Shown here: one piece after another, positions 11,401 through 24,810 of the stretch | Layout of the letters: every line of letters starts with the position of its first letter | Position numbering within the stretch: position 1 is the stretch's first letter | The notes under the pieces: generated by a model | The model's database searches: none | What the model was told of the DNA's origin: nothing | Seen by the model: the letters and a program-made list of their open reading frames with translations, nothing else | Translations under genes and position numbers: made by a program | DNA from: Selaginella moellendorffii | Lineage: Eukaryota > Plantae > Lycopodiophyta | Length of the DNA stretch: 64,000 nt | NCBI RefSeq assembly: GCF_000143415.4 | Contig: NW_003314338.1 | Location: 274,157-338,156 of the forward strand | Reading direction: 5' to 3'

Positions 11401-11461
11401 GTCGTAGGATAAAACGAGACGTTCGATGTGGGCATCGAACTTCTTCTATGGGTGGTGGAGT

Positions 11462-12605
11462 TGTAAGGAACCGACTCCCCGAGATGTCGTAATCTAAAGG
11501 ATCCCCAAAAGCTTGACCGAAATGACAAAGAGTTCATCGGATGGGACCAAGCGAAATAAGATCGAGTCTCAAGCCCGACTCTAGGATCGAGTTCGAGATA
11601 GAGTCCGGAATCGAGTCCGAGCCCGCCTCGAGGCCCGAGTTCGAGTCCGAGTTCGAGCCCGAGTTCGAGATGGAGTCCGAGATCCAAAATCCGGGTCCGA
11701 GCCCGGTTCCGAGGTCGGGTCCGAGATCGAGTCCGAGATCGAGTCGGAGTCCGAGATCCGAAGTCGGATCCGAAATTGGGTCCGAGATCAAGCCAGAGCC
11801 TAAGTCCAAATACTAATACGGGTCAAGGGGTGAAAGCCCAAAGCGNNNNNNNNNNNNNNNNNNNNNNNNNNNNNNNNNNNNNNNNNNNNNNNNNNNNNNN
11901 NNNNNNNNNNNNNNNNNNNNNNNNNNNNNNNNNNNNNNNNNNNNNNNNNNNNNNNNNNNNNNNNNNNNNNNNNNNNNNNNNNNNNNNNNNNNNNNNNNNN
12001 NNNNNNNNNNNNNNNNNNNNNNNNNNNNNNNNNNNNNNNNNNNNNNNNNNNNNNNNNNNNNNNNNNNNNNNNNNNNNNNNNNNNNNNNNNNNNNNNNNNN
12101 NNNNNNNNNNNNNNNNNNNNNNNNNNNNNNNNNNNNNNNNNNNNNNNNNNNNNNNNNNNNNNNNNNNNNNTCGGGATGGAAGTGGGGGGGTAAAGGTACC
12201 CATACCGGGCCGCTAGGCCACGGTGTTTCGCCCCGACGTCCCGAAGCAAGTGCTGCACCCAAGACTTGGGATTTAGAGGGTCCCATGATCAAGTCTTGTG
12301 GTACCAAGGGGTGTTAGGAATCTGGAGACTTGGTGTGCTTGGCTGTTTGTGCTTGCGGGGAGTGTAGCCGAACCTTAAGTCCAGTCTAACCCGGGGAGGG
12401 GGATTGGGAGAGATTTGGGAATCCGTAGATGGATGGCTAACACTCCGTTGCTCGTGCAGTAAGTAGCTGAAACCAAGTAGGACCAAGTAGGAGCTAGTAC
12501 CATAGACAGGAACCTTGGCGAGGGAACTTAGCACAAGCCAAGGCAGAGTCGGTCGGATAGACGAGGTAAGCTGGCAAATTGGAAAGGAAAATTTTGTGGC
12601 TTACA
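11462..12605 (+). repeat. 3' LTR of family A (assembly gap 11846-12170)
   Basis: Repeat of 5060-6226, preceded by the PPT and followed by the TSD. Confidence 0.95.
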
Positions 12606-13158
12606 TATATGTCCAGTGTTGTCCAGAATACACAAGTGTAGTGCATATTTGAACCAAATATCTCCAGAATTAGTTTCACAAGAGTTGCATTGCCCCATAC
12701 TTTCTGAAACCTGAGTAACCTTCTTGCCACATTGCCTTCCATTGACAACCTTCACACATGCTGGGTAATAGAAGTCACTAGTCTGGATTTCTTTCACTGA
12801 CACAATAACACAAAAACTAGTGGAGAACTCAGAAACCTTCAGGTTATCTCAGATACTGTCTTTGTACCAGAAATCACTGCTTTAGAAGAAGAGTTGGTCA
12901 CATGGACAAAACTGGTTGTGTGTATCTAGCAACCATCCATTCACGCAGCTGTGAGACATCTTCTAATTCAGGATCAACTAAAAGGGTAGAGCCACCTGTC
13001 ATTGAAATAGACTTGCCATTGTAATCTGAAATCCAGCTGCCCTTCATGCATACAATAGGCCTCTCCCCTTGACCAAGTTTCTCCTTGATTTCTGAACCTT
13101 CATCTTCGGCCTGTGAATCCCACAGACACATGTCTATACTGTGGCCAAAATTCATCAC
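12606..13158 (-). pseudogene. RPA1 (RPA70)-like DBD-B/DBD-C fragment with Zn finger
   Basis: SIDMCLWD...ISDYNGKSISMTGGSTLLVDPELEDVSQLREW and FYYPAC...RQCGKKV...QCNSC...YALHLCILDNTGH match RPA70 OB folds; frameshifted. Confidence 0.8.
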
Positions 13159-14497
13159 TCAAACAATGGTTTAGCTTGCAAAAACACGATATTGGCTAAG
13201 TTTATAAAAAAATAAATTCTTACATGTTGATTTTATAGCATACCATATTGAGCTTCACAATGTGCTCTTGAGTCATTGGTTTGATAAGTGTTACTAGAAC
13301 ACTATGTGTCATTCTTTGTCATCTTGGAACTTCTCCTAAATGCACTTCCAAAACACCAACCACCTAGAATAGCTTTCTAATGAACCTTGCAATCTCCACA
13401 TGTTTTCCTAAGAATTCATCAAACTCACGAGACTTTTACAGCCATATAGGATCCCGTTTTTGCTCAAGTTCAGTAGTCACTAGCTTTATTCAGCCGGTTC
13501 CGGGGAAAGTTGGTGAAATAATGAAGGTATCAGCTATGCTCCCAAACCCAACCTTTGTAAAGGAGCTGTAGATAGCCATTTTGAAGTCGTAAGCTAAGCA
13601 CACCCAATGGGTTTGAACCAATCAGCATAAAGGTAAAAAATGCTAAGGGTGGCTTTTTGCTGTACAAACCAACTTCTCTGAGCTTGAGTCTCTCTCACTT
13701 CTCACAAAAGAATGAAACTCTCTTGAAAGGAAGAGAGCATGAAGATGAAAGAGAGAACAAACAATCAATGCTACAACTCTCATGATTGACTGATGCCTCT
13801 TACTCATAACCCCATTCATTTCAATAGTATTATAATCAATTATACAATTATTATGGGTGGCTCTTTAAAATTCTCATATATATCTCTAAATTCTATTATT
13901 CATATATTTTGTTAAAATAATTAACTTGTCCTTTACAAGGACACAGCTAATTAAAGCTTATAATACAAAAGAATATCTTTATTCTTTTTTGTTAGTTTCT
14001 CCCCAATTTTTTTCAAAGTGCTCAAGCAGGGAGAACATATAAGAGAATTCTACTTGAAGTTCGATCTAGAATCTTTAATAGTTTTCTCTTAATAAGAGAG
14101 AGCTTCCCATGCAAAAGATTCAAGCTGAAGCTAGGATCAGTTAGTCTAGAGAATATATGTCACAATAAAGGTAATCAAATAGAAAAATCCATTCTTTTCG
14201 ATAGTGGTATGGGAGAGAATGGGATTCAGTGATCTTGATAGATATACAGGTCAAGAGATTCTTGTTATAGAATCTCCAAAGTGAGGAGAGGAGAGTGCAT
14301 CAAATTTCACAGCCAACTGTGCAAGGAGTGAAAGATGAAGTTGTTATTTCTCTAATGATGAAAATGATGAAGTTGAGCTTCTCGATATAACTTCCCAAAA
14401 AAGGAGGTGTATTCCTTTTAGACTAATTTTTTAAGTGGTGGATAAGGCATTTCGGCAGTCTTGATCATTACAACTGGAATTAAAGGAGTTCAAGTAC

Positions 14498-15830
14498 ATG
14501 AAAGGTGAGGAGCTTCTGTCTTTCTATAATGGGAATATATTCTTTGAATTTTCACTAGCTAGTTTGTCAAGTAGGAAGAGAGGCATGGAGACGTGTCTTG
14601 ATCCACATAATTCGTGCAAATTAAAGACAATCCACTTCTTCCATTTTGATGAATCCATGTCCATAATTCATTGTAGTGAACAGCTTGAGTGTGTTGCTGA
14701 AAAATGCATTTCTAATCATGGCAAAATTATGTGTTTCTTTGAAGGCTTAACAATCAATCCCTCTAAGTGTTATAAGGTTGCTACAGGGTTTAGATGTCAC
14801 AAATGCGGGGCAACACTTGTGTGTCAAGTATATTACAATATAAGGATGTATTATTTTTCTTCTATGGCATGGCTGTTTAGGCAAAGTAGTAGTGTATGTT
14901 GGATACCACTAACACATAATAGAGAGAAAAAAAACTATTGTGATTTTTTTCACAATTTGAAGACTTCTATTAATATAGAGGTCGGCAAGAAAAGTGCTAC
15001 AACTCCAAAGTGCGTTCAATAGCCTGTACTAAAAGTCTATGTGGTGGACACATTGCTACAATTTGATAGTGAAAAAGAGTTTATGAAGAATAGTTTGAAG
15101 GACTTGCTTCAAAATATAGAACCTGTGACAAATTTAAACAGGTATAAGATTAATAATTAACTCTACTTTTTCAATAATAACACTCTTTTCTATGGCAGAA
15201 TTAATAATTGGATGCAAGAAGGGCAATATAGAAAGCTTCAATCTATATTAGATGCAATTTTGAAGCTAAAAGGAAAATGTCCCTATAAGTTTATTTATGA
15301 GAGCTTGTTCATTGGCCAAATGACTTCAAAGAATCAACACCCTTTCATCTTTAAGATATCGACCCTTTGTCCTACTTTTGGTGTGGACCTTGTATAGCAA
15401 ATGGATATGGATGGAGATGGGGACTTGGCTAATTTTTTAATCCATTTTGACCACATGGAACAAATTTCAAGTTGGCCAACTATGGGAGCCTATATTTATT
15501 ATCAGAAGTAAGAGGTTTTCATTTTTTAAGGATTCCATATTAGTTTACTTTATACCCATTCCTTCTATAGGTTGCAATAAAACTTGACTATAGCTATATT
15601 TGAATTCAAGGTTAAAGATTTCTAAGCTCAAACTGTCTTTTGGACATGTATGTCCAAGGTTGTTGAATAGCAAACAAGGAAAAAACCCAACTTTCATGGT
15701 TTCATAAAAGATTGCTGCTAATGCTAAGTGGTTGGTGTGTTGCATGTATTTTAAAGTGATAAAAGTCAGTCGTTACAAGGTAGAAAGGAGAGTTGTGAGT
15801 TTTATTGAGTAACAAGTATCAACAAATATT
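14498..15830 (+). pseudogene. Decayed, intron-containing transposase-like sequence (possibly MULE-like)
   Basis: Cys/His-rich N-terminal part, then FIFKISTLCPTFGVDLV*QM..GDLANFLIHFDHM..W.TM, resembling (from memory) a seed-free-plant Mutator-like protein family; stops present. Confidence 0.3.
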
Positions 15831-15849
15831 GCCAATACATCAAGTCTAA

Positions 15850-17010
15850 TGTAAGTAACTAATTTTTCTATTCTACTTTATCCACTTAACCACACTTTTG
15901 ACCACTTAGAGAAGTCTCACTCATGAACTCCATAAATTTTATTCCTAACTTGGGGATATGCTAGCCCTATGAATGACATCTATGCCACTCAACCTTTGCA
16001 CTTGGTCCAAGTGCTCAACTAATCCCATGACTGACACCCAAAGGTACCACCAACATATCAGCCTATTACACTAAAGCCATGCCCATTCACCCATGCCTAC
16101 CAGTAATCCAAGACCATATGCATTACAGTCCCATCTTTTAAAGACTGGGCTATCCATCCATGAGTGATCATCTCTTGACCACACCTTAGCACCCTTAGGA
16201 TGCCTAGAGACATGGGGAACACCCTTCCCCAATGTCCCTCCCACCAAGTCCCTCTTCATCCACAGCCATGCTCGCCAACATTGCCACTAGGTTAAGGCTC
16301 AAGGTCCTAACCACTATGTCCCTCTGACCTCTAGGACTTCCTCACCATGTGACTGTATCCTTTTCTAGTGAGGAGACCTTAAAACATGAATCTAGGGATG
16401 AAGTTCTGCCATTTGAAAGTAATAGTTATGAAACTTGGAAAAGGTCCCTATAAGTAACTAAATTTTCTACTACTTTAGTCAATTAACAGCATCTTTGACC
16501 ACTCTTTGACACAATATTGTTAGGATCCTATCCCTTACACCCTAAACCAACTGGCTAAAGGGGTGATCACTTTATCGTAGGGCCCTTTCTTTATCCTATT
16601 ATCCTGACCTGGTGCCTAACAATCCTCCCCTTGTCAGGGAATGATCGTCCACGATTATACTTAGGCCACCATCCGGTCACCTGGTCCTTCTCTTAAGGTC
16701 TACCAAACCTTGGTTCTCCCTCTAGATCCACCATGTTGAATATTCTTTTAGAATATTCTTGCCCCCTCGTCAGCCATGAGAATCGAACTGGGTTCCAACA
16801 CCAATGTTAGGATCCTATCCCTTACACCCTAAACCAACTGGCTAAAGGGGTGATCACTTTATTGTAGGGCCCTTTCTTTATCCTATTATCCTGACCTGGT
16901 GCCTAACAAATATGGACTTTGAACTTGGTCCAAGTGCTCCATGTGTTCAATCCTAGTTCATACAGCCAAAAGTACCTTTGAGGTACCAGCCTCTTACACT
17001 AAGGCTATGG
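15850..17010 (-). repeat. Two degenerate fragments of the family-B LTR 3' part (15850-~16360 and ~16450-17010)
   Basis: Reverse complement of the B-LTR end (...GAAAAATTAGTTACTTACA) and adjacent sequence. Confidence 0.75.
16518..16908 (-). mobile_element. TRIM (terminal-repeat retrotransposon in miniature), 391 bp
   Basis: 104-bp LTRs 16518-16621 and 16805-16908 (one mismatch seen), TGTTAGG...CCTAACA ends, TSD AATAT, minus-strand PBS TGGTGTTGGAA and PPT AAGGGGAGGA. Confidence 0.92.
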
Positions 17011-17069
17011 CAATTCTCACTATCTCATTGGTTGTTTTGATCTGGTGCTAAAAGAAAAAAAAAAGTTTA

Positions 17070-18120
17070 CCATCCCTAGACTAGTCTATGCCTCCTCTTG
17101 AGGTTCCTCACCACCCAACCACCCCCAAGCTACCTCAAATGCTGCACCATGCTGCTGCTCTACTGTGAGCCCTTAGGATACTTACCCTACCATGCCTTAA
17201 TATATCCTTGAGCTTACCTATGACCCACATTGACCACATGGTCAAAGCTAGCACTTAACAATTCATCCCCCCTCACCAAAGTCCTTGTACCAAGGACAAG
17301 TTATACTAGTGATCACCTTTTATGGGAAACTTTGCTCAAGATCCTGGTCCATCCTCCACAGCCATATATACATTAGGCCCTTCACTCCGAGATAGTACAC
17401 CTTTTAACTATCTGACATAAAATACTAAATGAATTTTCACCCCAACTAGTAGTTGCACCCAATAAGTCACCTTGCAATAAGGCATATGGACCAGCATATC
17501 TATGAGAAAGTTTGTCACTCTTCCCACTTTGAAAAAGCACTAATATATTCCATCGCTCACTTGACAAAAAAATCACTTGCACAAAGACAGATCTCCCACC
17601 TTGTATTCTGGAATTGACTATACTCATTGGCAAACTTCTCTGCCCTATCCTAAGCCATCCACAAATTCCATTTGTACATAACCAAAATTTCATCAAGTTC
17701 TCAGGCTAGATCAGTTGCCTCTATATCAAGCATGTCATGAACATCCTTGTTCAAATGCAATCCCAACTCCAATATTGTTTAAAGATGCCTTCCAAACATG
17801 ATAAAGCAAGGACTCTTAATTCCACTATGTTAGTTATTATTGTAGGCAAATTGCACCAATGGAAAATATAATCCCACCTTTAGTGAATGCTACAATGTAT
17901 ATCCTCCACCACCTAATTCACATGCTAAGTTTGCCTATTTGTCTGAGGATGATCTCCACTTGAAAGTCACTTGCATAGCCTTTGCAAAGTTCTTTCAAAA
18001 TCCACTAATGAACTTTGAGTCTTTGATCATGGATGATATCCTCTGGCAAACCAAAATCAGGAAAAACCTTCTCCAAATAAACTGCAACCAAGTCTTGAGC
18101 CTGAAAAAAATTTAAAATTT
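17070..18120 (-). mobile_element. Degenerate gypsy integrase remnant with PPT and start of its 3' LTR
   Basis: VFPDFGLPEDIIHDQ, HPQTNRQT and KLSHRYAGPY motifs; PPT GGTGAGGGGGGATGAAT then TGTTAAG at ~17260. Confidence 0.7.
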
Positions 18121-19103
18121 TAGGACAAGGGAGAGATCCAATATTTTGACAGATTTTGACAAAATTTAAGAATACTCCAAAGACATCAGGACTCTTCACA
18201 GGATGTAGACCACAACAGCACCAAATGGGAAGTGCAAGCTTCAAGTGTAAATGACATATGTTGTGGTTTTATAAAACAAGTTAACAAGTTATTTGTTTGT
18301 GCATAGATTTCATGTGACTAAGAGGATGCTCAAACTCAGGGACACATTAGAATCTTATATTTTGGTTGGTAGTAGCTTGATCATCTAACCTTTTCATTAT
18401 GTCCATAGCTTGCGTGGCAACTTTTGCTATTCACGCTACAATTTGGTTTGAGAATTACTGAAATTTCACAATAAAGCAAGCTCTAACTAAGATAACAGTG
18501 CAGGAAAAGAATAGGACAAAATTTTCAAGAATAAGAGGCTCGCTTTAACTCAAAGAAAGGCATCCAGTGAAGTTTTGTGATCCTCTTCATACAATAAGTC
18601 CCAGAAATTTTCCTAGCGATTTGGAAGTAACATGTATGCATCCAGCTCAAGCTTCCAGGGCTTGCAGCTGTAAATTTTAAAAATATCATCAGCATTGTGT
18701 TGTCACCACTTCCATAGAAAGCCAGTGCTTTACTGTTCTGCCATGCAACTTTATATAGCCGGCTCGGTGAGTATCTTAAGACAATTAAGTGTGTCTAAGC
18801 AAAAAATCTCACTTATTTACCCTCACACAGTTTAAGAGCTCTTATAGAAATCATATTTTCATAGTTTGCCATTAACACTCATAAATTAATTATGAGAATT
18901 TATTCAAAAATCACTGCTAACAAGGAACTTCATTGCTTCAATTTTAATGTTCAAAATTCAATCTCGCTTCTCCAGCAAGTTAAATAATGTGGTTGCATTT
19001 TCTTCGTTCAGTAAAAATGTTCACTTGAAGTGGCTATTTTATTTGATTGAAAGTAATACAAAACCCTTAACTTGGAACCAGCTTTAGGGCTCGTTAGAAG
19101 AAA

Positions 19104-20771
19104 ATGGGACATGAAGAGGATGTCAATTCAATTGAGGTCACGAATTATGATCTAGAGCGGATGCGAGGAATACCTCCGAATAATCGTTATGCAAAATTCT
19201 TACGCAAGGTAGTGTTGTTGATGTGTACTTCGACCTGCAATTTTTCTTTTCAGAAAGAAGAACTTCGATCACTATCAAAGGAACGGTATAATAAATGGCC
19301 TAATACAATTACAGCTATGCGGGAAAAAAGACTGGCAGACAGAAAAAGAGAGTTGCAGAAACAAGAGGTACACCTTATAAAGTAGCTTTTCTTTATACTT
19401 TTCTTAATATAAAGCTTTTAGGAGGAACTTTGCAAGCAAGATGTGATTGATGCTCAAAGCCGAGCAGAAAGACGAAGACAGCAAGTAACATTTTCTGCCT
19501 TCTATTCCATTCATATCGCCCATGTTCAGATAGCAAAGGCGAATAAAATGCTCCAGATTGCCCATCTCAGCAAAGCTCGCAAAAAACTGCTTATGTCTAG
19601 TATTCTTGAGGCCAGTTTCGTCCCTCTAGGTGGTACATCCTGACATAAAACTTCTCTAATTTAGGAACGAGAAGCTCAAATAAATTATAGAAATAAAATC
19701 GATAAGTTATGGCAAAAGCAAGAAGAGAAGTGGGCCGATTTTCAGAAACGGCAAAGAGAAGCATGGAAACGTGAGGAGGAAGCTGAACAAAAAAAGAAAA
19801 ACGAAGATGTTCAGGTTTTGAAGTTAGGCCGGCTTGAACAAGTATGCTCGGTGTTTCCCAATCTTGAGTTGCTGGTTTCTTTCTTGTTGCAATAAGCTCG
19901 AGGAAAGGAAGGCACGGCGCCAAAACCTCAAGGAAATTCAAGAGCAAGACAAGATTCAGTTGAATAGACAGGCAAAGGAGGATGAAGAAGTTGCAAAAGC
20001 GAAAGAAGAAATCAAGAAAAAGAAAGTCATTGAAGCAAGAAGCGATTTTATTGCTAGTAATGAGGACCAGCAGATGCGAAAAGAAGCAGAAAAGAAAAGG
20101 CTAAAAGAAATGGACAAGAAGATTGAGGAGTTTGCCGCATACAGGGACAGGGTTGACCAGCAAAGAAAAGATGAACGTGTCAGAAAGGAAGCAGAGAAGC
20201 TTTCTCAGCGCGAAACGATGCTTATGAGGCTAGAAAAACAGCTCTTAGAAGCTAGGACAGATACAGAGAAGCGTTTATGGTCCCAGGAAGCCGCACATAA
20301 GGCCGCTGAAGACAAAAAGCTGCAGGAAAAAGCAGATAGAGCTCTAGCAGACTGGGTTAAATGTGATTGCTCTCGGCAACAACAGGTAATAAAACTTTTC
20401 TTCTAGTCCTTACCAAACTTAGCTTTTGATAACAGATTAAATTTCGAAAGGACAGGCTTGCAAGAGACAAAAAAGATGAAATGGAAGAGGCTATGGGTGT
20501 CCGGGAGAGGCTACAAATTATTGAAGCAGAAGAGAAAGCAGAGACGAGAAGAGCACGAGAAAACAACACTTATTTTGCCAAGGAGAACCTGAAGCTCGCA
20601 GTATGCATACTTTCAGAGTATTCAAAACCACCAATGTATTTTTCTTGACAGGCAGAGCGCCTAGACAGAGAAAAACGTGAAAGGGAGAACGAGAAAAAGG
20701 AATATCAGAGCGCGTTTGAAGCAATGGAACGTGATGAAATTCCTGAGGACTATATCTTTGTTGAGGAATAA
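19104..20771 (+). CDS. CFAP210: Cilia- and flagella-associated protein 210-like (CCDC173, TPH coiled-coil), 8 exons, ~437 aa
   Basis: Exons 19104-19208, 19254-19367, 19422-19484, 19530-19610, 19665-19841, 19897-20385, 20436-20600, 20652-20771 splice into one open frame (introns 45-55 nt, all phase 0, one GC-AG). LSKERYNKWPNT and SILE|EREAQI motifs, E/K/R-rich coiled coil. Confidence 0.75.
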
Positions 20772-23700
20772 TTAATTATAAAGAGTTTTATTGTCCCTTG
20801 CATAGAGGGTAATTGCTTTTTCTGTTGTGAGTGTCTTAACTGTCTGGATAGTAGCTGCTACATGAAGCATAGCAAGCCCTTAAAGCTACTGGCTCAATCA
20901 GCAATAATAAAAATTATAGAGCCTTCGAAATTTCTTGGGCTGTCATTGGCTGCTGATTTCCTTTTCCCACATTGTTTTTTCTGTGTATGTCTGGGAGGAC
21001 TCAGAGATTTGTCCAGTGTCTCGGTCATTTTACTGTTGGGACGGTGCTGGGGAGACATGGATGCAGATTTGCATCAAGAGAAACTGATTAGGGGCGGAAA
21101 TTGGTGTCCCTATCTAGAAGGTGGTGGGCCATGATCGTTGAGCAGTGTGGAGAGCTACTCCAGTACAAGCAATCTGGGAGGCGAGGAATAACAATCACTT
21201 TGACAGGGTCCTGCCCGAATCTCGGCAGTGATGGCGGTTTGGTGGAGGCTGTCTTTAGCAGCTGTTCGGCTTAGATACTCCACTCTCCAGGAGCAGGGCA
21301 AGGCAATGGGAGCTTGGCAGGTCAATGACTCCCGTGTTATGGCACGGATGCGGCTGATGGCGTCTCATGGAAGTGGAGACCTCCGGACACAATTCCGAAA
21401 GCGGCACGAGGGGGAGACATGGAACTGGACGCCGTTTGGAGGCAATGGCCATGGCCCTTGCTCTTCCAGGACTCAACTTAGGCCAGCGTTAGACACTCAC
21501 TGATTCCCACAATTTTGTATTGGTCCCTAAGGGAGAATTTACATACACCTTACACTAAATGGCATATGTGTCTATTAGTTGCTATCAACACTTGTCAAAT
21601 CAATTGAAGACACCTCAGCTTATGAACTCATTTGAGGGACTGGTGGTAACTCATATTCAATACCAGATTATCAAGTCCATCCAACTTGATATCCTGATGA
21701 CAGATTCTTCTGCTATAGAATCTCAATATAAGAGCAATAAATGTACTATTCTCAAGCTTTCTTTAGGAGAACCCATCCTCAATTAGTGAGAACTCCTCAA
21801 ACTATGGTCACACAATGAAATGCATTGGAATGCTCTCCCTTCAATAGGCCTACTGTGTTGTGAGATACTTGAGGTTATCGCTAGTGAAGTTTTGAAAGGG
21901 ATAGCTCTTTCCACAATGCTAATTGGCTTTCTTCAATCTGCAATCTCCCACCTATGCCAATGAAGGCACTGATTCTATAATCTCTAAACTAAGAATAACC
22001 TAGAAAGTACAAGAATAGGACTCCAAGTTGGTATATTTAGAGATGCCATGCAAACTTAAGCAACATCCATTTCCATATGGAAAAGGACATTACAAAGGAA
22101 ATGGTTAACAGGCTGGCCATAAAGTGAAAACGCAACATTGGTCCATATGTCACTTGTATATTCTTCTTTCTCACAAAATCTGCTTTCAATGGAGAAAAAG
22201 GTATTTGGATGTTAATTCTAATCTAAAGACCACCTAAAAGATTCTAACACAGCATTTGGAGAAAATAACACCGCCTCATGTGAGATTAACACAAGATTAT
22301 GACAGAGGGAAGGGCACTATCCCTTTAGGATTACTCCTAAGGGGAGGGAAGTTGTGTTTTTCTCCCCGAACTCACTAAATTAGAATTAACAAAGCATGGA
22401 AAAAAAACATACCCTTTTAAACTTTTAATTAGGTTCAATGTTAGACTAGCAAGGAATCATGCTATGTTGGACCAGATAAAAATGAGTTTTCAAAAAATAA
22501 GTTTTCAAAAGATGTTCTATTGGGATAGGAAATGTGTGAATTTGCAAATCTATCCTAAACATGTTTACATATATATAAGCCTTTATTTACACACTTACAT
22601 CCAATTTACTAATTATCATTTCCAAGTCTCAAAGAGGAAGATCATAAAGCCTATTTTTATGATAGCAAAGAGGTTTTTTTGTCAAGAATATATATAATGT
22701 TCTTTCAAAATAAGTTTACAAAAAGTAATTTTCTGTGACACAGCAGCAAAGTCTTTATGGTTCTATGAGTTTTTCAATTCCTTCTCATGCCTCTTGCGAT
22801 CTTAGCAAAAAATACTTTCAGCCAACTCTTAGCTTTAGCACTCATCTTCATGTTTCCAATCCAAATAAAAAGTGACAAGAAAAAGAGAGGCCATATTGAT
22901 TCACTGATCAAACCTATCAAACCAAATCATTTGTTTCTCTTTAAATTCTTCTTGAAGGTTTGAATCATAGCAAGACTCAGCTCTGACCTTTGCATTCCAT
23001 CTTTTTTAAACAAAGGAGTAAACAAAATGTCCTCATACTCATTCACTGTTTGAGTGCTAACCAGAAATATGAATCTCAAGAAAGCATCTATTGGACCTTT
23101 AAGTCGTTTTCAAAGTGAAGATAGAGAATCAAAGCAAGGAAACTTGAGATTTAATGGACACCATCTTCACGTTCGGAGTCAATGAGAGCACCTTATCAAC
23201 TACCTTTTTGGATCATTATCTCATCCCTTTCTACCATAAGTCATTATCATATACATTTTCTCACTGCTTTAGCTTCTAGCTCTCCAACCTCTTTCCAGGC
23301 CACATTCTTATATCACCATAAGATGCTAGATCCTTCTCAAGATCTATCATGGATTTGATTTGAACTGTGACACAAAACAAGTGGAGCTAGGATCATTTAA
23401 TACAGACAGTGTATCAACATTAAGACTAACCTTGAACGTTTGGATTGATGTCCACCAACCACAACAATTGCATGATTCTCTGGAAAAATTGGTAAAAAGA
23501 CAAAAGAGATTGCATGTAATATAGCAGGAATAAAATGTAAAACAAAAAGAAAAATTTAGACAAAAGTTACATATCACTGTTACCATATTGCTGATGGATC
23601 ACGTCATCTCATGAGGAAAGGCTAAAAGAATCAGAAAAAGGAGCAGAAATAAAAAAGGAGAGAGATCTCCAGGAGATGGAACCAAGAGAATACTATCAAG

Positions 23701-24289
23701 TGAAGAAAAGGGAGGGAGTTGATAGCCCAGTGGTGGTAATATAAAATAAATGAATGAGAGAAAAAAAAAAGGTTTATATTTGTCTATTGAAAGGGTTGGA
23801 TCAATCCCTCTATCATAAAATTGTGCAAGCCATGTTCAAAAGCAAGAAGTGGAGGTAGAGATGTCAGATTTAGAAGAAATTGATAGAGAAATTCGTTTGG
23901 CAAATTTTTTCTTGTTAGAAAGTTTGATTGAAGGTTAGAAGACCTCCCAAATTTCTTCAAAGATGTTATATTCTATTTTCTCTCGCACAATGCTGATGGC
24001 TGTGTTGCATCCACCCTTTTCCCTTGCCTGTAGAAATAAGGACCCAAACATGATGCAGCGCACAAACATAACATGTTATTTGGTCCCTACCAAATCACAC
24101 AAGAATCTTGATCCCTCAAATTTCAGAAAAATAATTTATTCTCTATATGCTGTTTTGATAGTCTTGTGGTGCCCAGTTTGTGCACTTTGATGATGATGCT
24201 CCACGCTCCACACTCAAATTTTGCCTTTAATTAACTCATAAAAACAAGGTTTTGGGGATGGGCATGGCCAGGTGGCCTTGGAACTCTCA

Positions 24290-24810
24290 CCGCCTCTGCC
24301 AAGCGTATCCAGAAGTAGCTCACAGAGATTATCACTAATCCACCAGAGAATTGTCCAAGGGGCAATAATCTCCACGAGTGGGTCTCCATAATCGTCAGTC
24401 CATCAGGTAGACTTCTTAGCTCAATTCTCATCTTTTGACGGAAATCTTATTTTTCTTGCAGGATCATCTTATCAAGGTGGTATTTATTTCCTCGACATGC
24501 AATTATCCATTGAAGCCTCCCAAGGTAATGTGGAAAGGAGGAAGAATTCAAAGAACTTATCTCTTGCCAGAAAATGTAGGTGGTGTTTAGAATGCAAATC
24601 TATCACTGCAACATTCATTCCAGCAGACAGATCTTCCTGAAAATTCTCGAGGAGCATTGGAGTCCAGCTCTTACAATCTCCAAAGTTTTTGTTTCAATTT
24701 GGGCATTGCTGGGCAAGCCAGATCCTTGTGTCGTTTTTCTTGAACTTATTTCTGTTTTTTTGTTCCTTGTATTTGATCCTTTGATGGGAAGTATCACCTG
24801 CAAATATTTG
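24290..24810 (+). pseudogene. UBE2E/UbcD2-like E2 ubiquitin-conjugating enzyme pseudogene
   Basis: ASAKRIQK*LTEI..NPPENC, NLHEWVS, YQGGIYFLD, IYHCNI, WSPALTISKV, DPLMGSI; catalytic Cys lost (IFLKIL instead of ICLDIL), stop and frameshifts. Confidence 0.85.

Larger units (their letters stand above)
5060..12605 (+). mobile_element. Full-length Ty3/gypsy chromovirus LTR retrotransposon (family A)
   Basis: LTRs 5060-6226 and 11462-12605 (TGTAAG...CTTACA), TSD TATAT (5055-5059 / 12606-12610), PBS TGGTATCGGAGC at 6230, PPT GGGTGGTGGAG before 11462, domain order gag-PR-RT-RH-IN-chromodomain. Confidence 0.97.

Noticed and set aside
11776-12307. ORFs spanning the N run
   Set aside because: Assembly-gap artefacts.
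20862-21503. GC-richer short ORFs downstream of CFAP210
   Set aside because: No recognisable motif or consistent frame.
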